Shown here: positions 18,423 through 26,904 of the stretch, piece by piece
How positions within the stretch are numbered: the stretch's first letter is position 1
Layout of the letters: every line of letters begins with the position of its first letter
Virus record (IMG/VR): IMGVR_UViG_3300042453_003699
Location: 1 to 64,000 of that record
Direction: 5' to 3' (one strand)
DNA: 64,000 bases
DNA from: a virus
Program-made: the position numbers and the translations under genes
The notes under the pieces: generated by a model
Told to the model about the DNA's origin: nothing
The model's database searches: none
The model's input: the letters and a program-made list of their open reading frames with translations, nothing else

Positions 18423-19468
18423 TGGAACAGTTGCAAAACCAATCAGTCCCCGCAAGCCCTGTCGCTAAGGATAAGAAGTATCTTGTTCGCGGGTTGGATA
18501 TTGGGACAGGTACAATCATCGCATCCTATCTTGATGAAGCCTCCAATACGGTAAAAAGCAAGCGGGTTCGCGACGCATTCGTATCTCTTGCGGTCGAACA
18601 GAAGCAGATGCTCAAGCTATCAAACATTTCGTACATTGAGGAAGGTGATCGAGTCATCATTGTCAGCGACGATGCCGCTAACATCGCCAACATCTTCAAT
18701 CAGCCTCTTCGCCGTCCTCTCAGTCGAGGAACGATCTCCCCTTCAGAGATCGAAGCACAGAAGGTTATCAAGCACCTCTTTCGTGAAGTTTTGGGGGAGG
18801 CGCAGGTGCCCGGATCGGTATGCGTGTACTCTATCCCCGCAAATCCGCTCGACGCAGATCAAGATGTAACTTTTCACGAAATGATTATGGGGCAAATGCT
18901 TGAAAGCCTCGGTTGGAAAGCAGTCGCCGCGAATGAAGCACAAGCCATCGTTTATTCCGAGTGCGCCGACACCATGTTCAGCGGATTTGCCATGAGCTTC
19001 GGAGCAGGGATGGTCAACTGCGCTCTTTCATACAAGTCTATCCCTCTTATCACTATGTCGGTTGCCCGCTCTGGGGACTATGTGGATGAGCAATCCGCCA
19101 AGGCTACTGGGCTGTCTCCTGCAAAAACTTGCGCTATCAAAGAGAAGGGCGTGGATCTTCTCGCCCCGAAGGGTCGCGAGCAAGAAGCAATAGCAGTCTA
19201 TTACAAGGCGCTCATCAAGTATGCTCTTACGAACTTTATCGAAAAGATTAAGTCCCAGAATGTCATGGCGCAGATCGACCTGCCTGATTCCATTCCGGTG
19301 GTAGTCGGCGGAGGCACATCGCTCCCCATCAACTTCCTTGCTGTGGTCAAGGAAGAGGTGAACCGCCTAAAGGGATTTCCGTTTTCTGTGACTGACATTC
19401 GCCATGCAAAAGACCCGCTGTATGCAGTTTCTAGGGGGCTTCTCATCATGGCTCAGAACCAAGACTAA
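18422..19468 (+). CDS. Actin-like ATPase (MreB/MamK/ParM superfamily)
   Basis: Phosphate-1 'GLDIGTG', connect-1 'NEAQA', phosphate-2 'SFGAGMVN', adenosine 'VVGGGTS', connect-2 'PLYAVSRG'. Confidence 0.88.
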   Translation: MEQLQNQSVPASPVAKDKKYLVRGLDIGTGTIIASYLDEASNTVKSKRVRDAFVSLAVEQKQMLKLSNISYIEEGDRVIIVSDDAANIANIFNQPLRRPLSRGTISPSEIEAQKVIKHLFREVLGEAQVPGSVCVYSIPANPLDADQDVTFHEMIMGQMLESLGWKAVAANEAQAIVYSECADTMFSGFAMSFGAGMVNCALSYKSIPLITMSVARSGDYVDEQSAKATGLSPAKTCAIKEKGVDLLAPKGREQEAIAVYYKALIKYALTNFIEKIKSQNVMAQIDLPDSIPVVVGGGTSLPINFLAVVKEEVNRLKGFPFSVTDIRHAKDPLYAVSRGLLIMAQNQD

Positions 19469-19478
19469 GGGAGTGTAG

Positions 19479-20834
19479 GTGTACTACTACTTATCCCGAG
19501 AGGTAAAACGACGATTCATTGAGGAGATGCGGGAAATTTTCAAAGAGTATCCCGGTCTCCAAAAGATGAAAGTATCCGATAAGTTTCCCTACCAAGAGAG
19601 ACCTCAATACGGTCTTGTCGTCAAAAATGTCTCTGGAAACCCTATTCCGTTGGCAGGGGACAACTTCATCGGGACCGTCATAAGTCATTGCTTCTTAGCG
19701 AAACTCAAAGGCAAAAAAGGTCTTTTACTCGATTGGGTTCGCGAGAACCCAGAACAAGTTACGGTCTTTGTCGAAGAGGATCTTTCCTCTCAGGTGGACG
19801 GATCTAGCCGAGAGTTTCTCCTACAGCATTTTCCTACAATCGGGTCTCAAAGTATTGAGTTGGCTCAAAGAGGGGATCGCGCCGTCGAAGTTCTTGTCAA
19901 CGGAAAGCCTTTTGTCGTTCCGATGTCTTTCCAATCTAAAAAGATCATTCTTCCGGTCGCACCTGCGATGGGAACCAACCTTGTTGCCAAGTATTATCGT
20001 CGGGGTCTGGCAGATGCGGGTCTTTATTATGTAGAGGTCATGACGACTACGGCAGGTTCGGCTACGGTGATGGTGGACACTCTTCTCGACTACGAGTCCA
20101 TAATCATTGAATCCGCTACTGGGGCTGAGTCCTCGTTCAGCCTCCCTCACTTCCCTGTTCACGATAAGACTTTTTCTCTCATCGAAAACGATTCCTTCGT
20201 GATGACTGAGGGTGTTCACTACACGATCAATTTGCAGACGGGGGTTGTTACCTTTTTGAACAACCCAGAAGACCCGACTCAAAAGCTAAGACCTACCTCA
20301 AGTTACCGAGTTCAGTACAAGTACCAAGGACCGTCTTTCGGTCCCTTCACGGTTAAACCGTCATCAGCTTCGTATGATATAATTCCGGGCGTGACGCTTG
20401 CCTTCTCCAACTGGCTAGAGGTCGGGGACAAGCAAGTTGTGATCGTAAGTCCGACTCGTGAGGAGGTCTCTCAGGAGTACGGAGGTCACTTTGAGGTGAG
20501 CTTGAGTCTGGACATTTACAGCCGAGATCCCGTTCAGCGAGAACTCATAGCCGATTTGCTTGCTGTGAAAGTCTTCGGGGAGATCAAGCCAAGATTTGAT
20601 TCTCAAGGATTAGCTATTGTTAGCGTATCACTCAATGGGGAATCCGAAGACATTTACGACGAAAACACAGACACCGTTTACTACATGGCAGGGATGGATG
20701 TCTCGTTCAACACGGATTGGCGACTGTACGCCCCGATGATTCCTAAGATTAAAACACTTAGCCTTGATGTTGAGGTCGTTCAATCACTGAATGATTTCAG
20801 GGTCAGCTTTAGCCAAGGGGAGTCGATAAAGTAA
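19479..20834 (+). CDS. Tail completion/terminator-like protein with Ig-like insertions
   Basis: Lies before the sheath gene; 'SLSLDIYSRDPVQRELIADLL' core; inserted beta modules shared with the sheath. Confidence 0.55.
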   Translation: MYYYLSREVKRRFIEEMREIFKEYPGLQKMKVSDKFPYQERPQYGLVVKNVSGNPIPLAGDNFIGTVISHCFLAKLKGKKGLLLDWVRENPEQVTVFVEEDLSSQVDGSSREFLLQHFPTIGSQSIELAQRGDRAVEVLVNGKPFVVPMSFQSKKIILPVAPAMGTNLVAKYYRRGLADAGLYYVEVMTTTAGSATVMVDTLLDYESIIIESATGAESSFSLPHFPVHDKTFSLIENDSFVMTEGVHYTINLQTGVVTFLNNPEDPTQKLRPTSSYRVQYKYQGPSFGPFTVKPSSASYDIIPGVTLAFSNWLEVGDKQVVIVSPTREEVSQEYGGHFEVSLSLDIYSRDPVQRELIADLLAVKVFGEIKPRFDSQGLAIVSVSLNGESEDIYDENTDTVYYMAGMDVSFNTDWRLYAPMIPKIKTLSLDVEVVQSLNDFRVSFSQGESIK

Positions 20835-21226
20835 TGCCATTATACCAATACTACTGCGTTGAGTGTCAGTTGACCTTTGAGGAGTCTTTCAAAAAGCCGG
20901 AGGATATTACATCCCCCTGCCCCAAGTGCGCCTCAGAGTCGGATCGAATGATCTCTGCCCCTAATGTTTTGAAGTCCAATACAAGTCGTGAAAGCGTGGA
21001 CATCAAGATTGGCGCGGAGTCTGAAAAGCGTTGGGCTGGCATCCGGCAGAGACAGGCGGAAAAGGAAAAGATCCGAAAAGAGTCGGGAACCACCGCCGTT
21101 GAAGTGAAACACGGAAAAGATTCCTCGGGTCAAATAACTTACGAATACAAATCAGTGAGTAAGGAACGAGTTGCGGAAAGAAAGAACCTCTACGGAGAGT
21201 ACCTCTCCTCCAAGAAGAAGCCGTGA
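20834..21226 (+). CDS. FmdB-type zinc-ribbon protein
   Basis: 'MPLYQYYCVEC..FE...CPKC...R.IS'. Confidence 0.85.
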   Translation: MPLYQYYCVECQLTFEESFKKPEDITSPCPKCASESDRMISAPNVLKSNTSRESVDIKIGAESEKRWAGIRQRQAEKEKIRKESGTTAVEVKHGKDSSGQITYEYKSVSKERVAERKNLYGEYLSSKKKP

Positions 21227-21298
21227 TCGCCCGATATGTACATTCATATTTAATTTCTAACATATTGAAATAATTAACTTTAACTTGGAGGTTCAACC

Positions 21299-24049
21299 AT
21301 GAGTATTTTCAGTACATACGCCCCTCCCGGCGTATATGTTCAAACTTTGACGGATCTTACCGCCGCGAATATCGTTGCGGGGCTCCGTATGCCTGTGTTC
21401 ATCGGAGTTGGGCGCGAAAGCCTGACCCTGAGCAATTTCGAGATCATTCGCGGGTCATCGGCTACTTCCGACATCCGTATGCTTGGCGAAGATGTCAGTT
21501 CCCAGTTCACTGGGACCAACCGCCAGTTCACGGTCGCCAACTACCCCGTCGTTGACGGAAGCGGTCGCGCAGTTACTACCAATGACCCAAATGTTGTTTC
21601 TGTCACTATCGACGATCAGCCTACTGGCGTGATCGCTGTGGACGGAGCAAGCGGTCTTGTGACCCTTGGAGCAATTCCTCCGATGGGTTCGGTGGTCAAG
21701 GTGGGCTATTTCTTTAGCCGTAAAGACCTAAAAGTCACTGACGAAGACCTCAGCTATCAAGCTGACGGCTCAAATCTTGAGTTCAAGGTCAATAAGTCCC
21801 CGATTGTAAACGGAAACAACGGTGGTATTATTACTACCGAAGTATCTCGTGTGGTCGTTACAGTTGACGGAAGCGCCGTTGAAGTGGCTTCCCTTGATGG
21901 AATTCACGGCGTAATCACTCTCGCTTCGGCTCCTGCCGACGGCGCTGAGGTTCTGGCAACCTACTACACCAACACATTCCAAGACACTTACGATTACCTG
22001 CCACAAGACATCAACATCTTGTCGGTCAAGGCAATCGGCAACAGCCCCGGTCGCCAAGACTACTTCCTCGGACAAGACTATGTTGTTCAGAACGGGAAGA
22101 TCATTTGGGGATCTGCTTTCGACATCCGAAACGGGTCTGCGGCAACCGGAAACGCCTTCGGGTCTGAGCAGATTTCTGCAACCCTTGTGGACAATCGCTT
22201 CTTCATGAGGGAAGCAGCCGGAGCTTCCAACGGTACAAACAAGAAGTTCGTGCTTGAAGAAATCCCTGTCGCCGGAGACGGGCGCGATGTTCCAACCGAC
22301 GACCTTTCTAAGATTCAGGTTTATGTGGGAACAAGTGTGGCTTCCGCTTTTGCGGCAGGTCCGGTTGATGTGATGTCCCTTAATGGCGTTTCAGGCGAGG
22401 TTGTTCTCAAGAACGCTCCGTCTGCGGGTCATAAAGTGTATGCCACTTACTACTACAACATCCTTACCGATGACATTTTCACTGTCACGAATCGCGTGGC
22501 TTCTACCTTTTCGGTAACAGGGGAGTACGATGTTATCAGCGCAAATGGGGGTGCTTGTTTTGCGGGAGAGTTCTCTGAAGCTGACTCAACTGTAGCCGCA
22601 CCTGCTTTCGGAACGGAAGGAATTAAGTTTCCTGCCGATACTGCGGATGTGGTGACGGTGCCGGGCTATTCGGTGGAAGAAGATGTCACCCTTACCTTCA
22701 CAAGCGCCACTCAGTACACCGTCAGTAGCTCACTCGGAGCAGACGGTTCTTCTGGAACTGGTCATCTGAATCAAACCTATGTCGATGCGAAGACTGGTCT
22801 TCGTTTCACTATTCTTGCTCCCTCCACCTTCAACTATGCGGCTGGGGATGAGCTAGTTTGCTATGTGACAGGTCAGCAAGAGACAGGGATTCTTCCTAAA
22901 AAGATCATTCCTGGTCTCAATCTTGTCGTCTCGAATACAACGGGTGTCACCGTTGGTTCCACAGGTCTTGTTGAATGCTTCAATAAGACTGGAGGGGAGC
23001 CTTCCATTGGTGACTCGTACTTCGTGACTCTCGACTATGAAAAGACGGACTACAAGCCCGCTGTTTACACGAATTTCCGTGATGTGGTGACGGCTTTCGG
23101 TCCTCTCAATGTCGAAAACAGGCTGACTCTTGCGGCTTATCTTGCGTTCCTCCAAGGCGCTCCCGCTATTGCAATCTCTCAGGTGAAGAAAGCCTCCGGC
23201 GGACTTCAAGCTAGTGATGCGGCGTTCCTTGAGGCTATGACGGCTCTTGAGAATCCGCTCGAAGGTGATGTTCGTCCGAATATCCTTGTTCCTCTCACTA
23301 CTTCACGCACTGTTCTTCAGGCGGCTAAGAAGCACTGTGAGAAGGTTTCTAGCTCCCGCTATGCGATGGAACGAACCATGATGTTCGGTTTTGCTATCGG
23401 GACGCTTCCAGAGACCGCACAGGAATTCGCTAAGGCGCTCGCTTCCGAGCGTTGTTTGGGTGTCTACCCCGACGGCGCAGTGGTTGCGATCGAAGACGCT
23501 TTTGGGCGTGAGATCGAGAATACCGTGGATGGCAGTTTCTTGGCGGCGGCTCTTGCAGGTCTTGCTTGCAACCCTGTTTTTGATGTCGCTACCCCTCTGA
23601 CTCGTAAGAGTTTGACTGGGTTCCGCCGATTGTTCCGCCGTCTTGACGCGGTGCAGTCTAACCAAACAGCGGTTTCGGGTCTTACCGTTATGACGGAGAA
23701 CCAAGCGTCGATTCAGATTCGTCAGGCAGTTACGACTGATCCTAGCAACATTCTGACTCGGGAGCCTTCGATTGTGTTCATCAAGGATGAAATCCAACAG
23801 CTCACCCGTACAACTCTTGAACCGTTCATTGCAGAGAAGTTCCTTCCCGGTCGCCTCACCGACATCGAAATTGCTCTCGCAAATATGTTCAAGAACCAGA
23901 TTCAGGCGGAAAAAGTCGTTGCTTTCACGGGTATCAAAGCTACCCCAAGGGCAACTGACCCTACCGTTGCGGATGTCGTGGCTTTCTACAGCCCTGTATT
24001 CCCATTGAACTGGATTCAGGTCACTTATACGCTCCGTACTACGCTCTAA
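21299..24049 (+). CDS. Contractile tail sheath protein
   Basis: 'YAPPGVYVQT' N-terminus; 'VVTAFG', 'FLAAALAG', 'YSPVFPLNWIQVTY' C-terminus; GGAGG RBS; terminator downstream. Confidence 0.92.
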   Translation: MSIFSTYAPPGVYVQTLTDLTAANIVAGLRMPVFIGVGRESLTLSNFEIIRGSSATSDIRMLGEDVSSQFTGTNRQFTVANYPVVDGSGRAVTTNDPNVVSVTIDDQPTGVIAVDGASGLVTLGAIPPMGSVVKVGYFFSRKDLKVTDEDLSYQADGSNLEFKVNKSPIVNGNNGGIITTEVSRVVVTVDGSAVEVASLDGIHGVITLASAPADGAEVLATYYTNTFQDTYDYLPQDINILSVKAIGNSPGRQDYFLGQDYVVQNGKIIWGSAFDIRNGSAATGNAFGSEQISATLVDNRFFMREAAGASNGTNKKFVLEEIPVAGDGRDVPTDDLSKIQVYVGTSVASAFAAGPVDVMSLNGVSGEVVLKNAPSAGHKVYATYYYNILTDDIFTVTNRVASTFSVTGEYDVISANGGACFAGEFSEADSTVAAPAFGTEGIKFPADTADVVTVPGYSVEEDVTLTFTSATQYTVSSSLGADGSSGTGHLNQTYVDAKTGLRFTILAPSTFNYAAGDELVCYVTGQQETGILPKKIIPGLNLVVSNTTGVTVGSTGLVECFNKTGGEPSIGDSYFVTLDYEKTDYKPAVYTNFRDVVTAFGPLNVENRLTLAAYLAFLQGAPAIAISQVKKASGGLQASDAAFLEAMTALENPLEGDVRPNILVPLTTSRTVLQAAKKHCEKVSSSRYAMERTMMFGFAIGTLPETAQEFAKALASERCLGVYPDGAVVAIEDAFGREIENTVDGSFLAAALAGLACNPVFDVATPLTRKSLTGFRRLFRRLDAVQSNQTAVSGLTVMTENQASIQIRQAVTTDPSNILTREPSIVFIKDEIQQLTRTTLEPFIAEKFLPGRLTDIEIALANMFKNQIQAEKVVAFTGIKATPRATDPTVADVVAFYSPVFPLNWIQVTYTLRTTL

Positions 24050-24081
24050 TAGTGCGTAGTTTAGAGCTTTTTGTTCGAGGA

Positions 24082-24115
24082 GGGCGGGGTTCGGAAGAGC
24101 CCCGCCTTTTCTTTT
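24082..24115 (+). terminator. Intrinsic terminator
   Basis: GGCGGGGTTC-GGAA-GAGCCCCGCC-TTTTCTTTT. Confidence 0.85.
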
Positions 24116-24129
24116 AATTTTATGGGGTT

Positions 24130-24615
24130 TTGATGCTTACCATCTATGTAAAACCTATCTTAAATGGAGTGGTCCGAAAAAACGATCTCGCGAAAGTCCT
24201 TTTAGGTAGGCTCAAGTACAGTCTTGCTCGGTTGGGGGAGAAACAAATCCGAAAAGCGACCAAAGACTCGTTTAAGGGTGGAGGTAAAAGAATCAGAAAG
24301 TCGGTATCCTACACCATAGGAAAAAGTAGTGTCACTTTTCACATCAGCCAGATCGGTATTTACCATAACTACGGGGTACGAAGGCACAAAATGGAATACC
24401 TCAAGAAAGCCAAAAGACCGATACCGATAACACTAGAAAACGGTGAAGTTATTTTCCGTTGGGCATCGAAGAAGTCGATGAGCAAGAGAGGCTCTTGGTA
24501 TCATCCCGGAATCAAAGCCAAAGGTTTCCTAGAAAAAGGCACAGCCAAAACGAAACAGGAGTTCCGAAAAAGGTTGATTGAAGCAACCAGTCGGTACTTG
24601 CGAGGCGCTAAATGA
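24130..24615 (+). CDS. HK97 gp10-like neck/tail-completion protein
   Basis: Basic protein; 'IRKSVSY', 'YHNYG', 'WYHPGIKAKGFLEK'. Confidence 0.6.
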   Translation: MMLTIYVKPILNGVVRKNDLAKVLLGRLKYSLARLGEKQIRKATKDSFKGGGKRIRKSVSYTIGKSSVTFHISQIGIYHNYGVRRHKMEYLKKAKRPIPITLENGEVIFRWASKKSMSKRGSWYHPGIKAKGFLEKGTAKTKQEFRKRLIEATSRYLRGAK

Positions 24616-25748
24616 ACATTCAAATTCTAAATCTTGAGAACTCTTTCAAAAAAGATCTGAGGATGTACGCGCAGTTCAGTGGCTCTAGCGTCTTCATTTA
24701 CCCATCAAGAGCGAACAGCTCAGGGAAGAATCTCTACACAATCTTTTCAGGGGAGTCGTTCTCCAAGTTCCCAAGGAACTCCTCAGAGTCTTTTGTAAAT
24801 CAAGTTACTCAGATAGATTTTTCTACGGGGTCGGTGGGGGATGGTGTCTCTTCCAGCTTTACCCCAATATCTCCCTCGGTTGGGCAAGCAGTCATCGGAG
24901 TTATCGCTATTGACCGAAACGACCGAATCTTCATCAGAAACAACTCTGCCCAGAGCATCTCTTCTGCGGATTTTGATTTTCAAAACGCCGCTTTCCCAGT
25001 TCAGAAGGGGCGCATTCCCTTGTATGGGTTTATGGTCTCCAATGAATCAGGGGTTTCTAAGGTAGCCAAGATTTTTGATCTTCGCCCTGATTTCAACAAT
25101 GTCCCTTTTGATACAGCGGATGTGGTCTACACAAACACGGACAACTTTTCGATAGGGTCTGTTTTTAGAGAGTACCTATACGCCGATGCAGTGGCGGCGC
25201 AGAATCAAATCACAATACGGTCTACTAAGCTAAAGAGGGGAGATAGCATTTCGATTATTTCCTCAACGACGGTAGCTCAAGTGAGAACTGTTTTGTCTGT
25301 AAGCTACGGCGATGTGTTTGATACGATCACACTGGATCAAAACTTAACAAGCCCCGTCACAGTTCAAAACTGTGCTGCTATTACCATCAACACATTCTCC
25401 GACGCGTCACAGGTGTTTAACGGCGGGTACGGAAAGGTTCTTTTTGATTTTGGATGGCGTTCCTGTTCTTCGGGTTTGGCAGAAACACTTACTCACAATT
25501 TATCGCTTCCTTTAGGAACCTACTACCCTGTTCTGTACTTCAACTCCACGAGAACAATGAACGGTGCAAAAACGCTTTGTGCTTTTAATTACAGCGCGAC
25601 CTCGGTTGGCGTTCAACTCATACTTACCAGTACAACAACAGTTGTAAGATTTGCGAGCAATGGGATTTATCCCACTCTCAATAGTTCTGGTCAGGTAACA
25701 GGATTTCAAACGACTGGCTTTTACAGGCTGATTATTTTGGGGAACTAG
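24612..25748 (+). CDS. Putative tail/fibre-associated virion protein (paralog 1)
   Basis: 'SKFPR..S....IDF..G' and C-terminal 'LFDFGW...VGVQL...GFYRLII'. Confidence 0.55.
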   Translation: MNIQILNLENSFKKDLRMYAQFSGSSVFIYPSRANSSGKNLYTIFSGESFSKFPRNSSESFVNQVTQIDFSTGSVGDGVSSSFTPISPSVGQAVIGVIAIDRNDRIFIRNNSAQSISSADFDFQNAAFPVQKGRIPLYGFMVSNESGVSKVAKIFDLRPDFNNVPFDTADVVYTNTDNFSIGSVFREYLYADAVAAQNQITIRSTKLKRGDSISIISSTTVAQVRTVLSVSYGDVFDTITLDQNLTSPVTVQNCAAITINTFSDASQVFNGGYGKVLFDFGWRSCSSGLAETLTHNLSLPLGTYYPVLYFNSTRTMNGAKTLCAFNYSATSVGVQLILTSTTTVVRFASNGIYPTLNSSGQVTGFQTTGFYRLIILGN

Positions 25749-26903
25749 ATGGCAAACATAAACATTCAAACTTCGGAACAAAACAGTTTAAGGGGTGTTT
25801 CAAATTCCATCAGCTTTTTCCCAGTAGGGAACTCTCTGGTAATGAGCATTCCAGAGGGTCAGCGTGTATTTTTTGAACAGGGTAGACCTTCTCTTTTTCC
25901 AAAAAGCTCCTCTGGGGATTATTCTGGGGGCGGGTCGGTTTTCTTCAACTTTGTAAACGGAGAGGTTTCCGGCAAAGATGAGTCTTCCGATAACTTCATA
26001 CCTTCAATTCCCGCGACGGGTCAGTTTCGTGCGATTACTTTCGCTCTGGATCAAAACAGCGAACTCGTCTCGTTTTCTGGAACATCCGGCACGCAGGTTC
26101 AAGTAACTGATGGTGTTCTAAGTTCTGATCCTGTGTACTTGGGCACTCAGCCGATACAAACCACGAAACTTTTTACTGTCGTCCTGAGTTCCACGGACGG
26201 TGTATCCCTAAACGATATAGACGAGGGGCTCATCTTCTCATATCTCAACTCGCTTAGTTCTAATCCTGTGTCCGAGGAGATTTCCTACACGGGGCAATCT
26301 CTTACCGTAAAAGAAGCAGTCTTGAACGATCTGTTTGTAGGGGCAACGAGCTACCAAACATCAAGAACATCTCTCAAAGCAGGGGACGCAGTAGTAATTG
26401 AGCGAACAGTAGGTCTGGCTCTTGAGGAGTACCCTGTCACTATCACTGGGGTTACTAATGGAGCTACCAACGATACGGTTTCTTTCTCACCTGCTCTGGT
26501 TTCACAGCACATCTTGGAGTTGAAGCCCTCTGTCAGAGTGGAATCACCCACGGCGTATAATCTCAATAGGGCTCTGTTCCAAAGGAACAAAAGGTTGGTT
26601 TTTGATTCGGGTTGGATTCAGGTTGTCCTTAATTCAAACGGAATCGTACAAACCAATATCCCTGACCCATTGAGCGTGGTCCCGCTTGTTGTTTGGAACA
26701 GTACGAAAGATAGTTCAAATGTGACTGTTTTACTCAACAGCTTTAGATCAAGCACCTCTAAAATAGGGGTACAGCTTTTTCCAGAAGGTGGGGGGCAGGG
26801 GACGATCTCCTACCACATCGGGGCTAACGGTGTTTTCTACAACTTTGAAACTTCCTCACTGGTCTTGGGGGGCTTTATCAGAATTTTCTTGAGGGAGATT
26901 TGA
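25749..26903 (+). CDS. Putative tail/fibre-associated virion protein (paralog 2)
   Basis: 'SLFPK...FNF..G' and 'VFDSGW...IGVQL...GFIRIFL'. Confidence 0.55.
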   Translation: MANINIQTSEQNSLRGVSNSISFFPVGNSLVMSIPEGQRVFFEQGRPSLFPKSSSGDYSGGGSVFFNFVNGEVSGKDESSDNFIPSIPATGQFRAITFALDQNSELVSFSGTSGTQVQVTDGVLSSDPVYLGTQPIQTTKLFTVVLSSTDGVSLNDIDEGLIFSYLNSLSSNPVSEEISYTGQSLTVKEAVLNDLFVGATSYQTSRTSLKAGDAVVIERTVGLALEEYPVTITGVTNGATNDTVSFSPALVSQHILELKPSVRVESPTAYNLNRALFQRNKRLVFDSGWIQVVLNSNGIVQTNIPDPLSVVPLVVWNSTKDSSNVTVLLNSFRSSTSKIGVQLFPEGGGQGTISYHIGANGVFYNFETSSLVLGGFIRIFLREI

Positions 26904-26904
26904 G

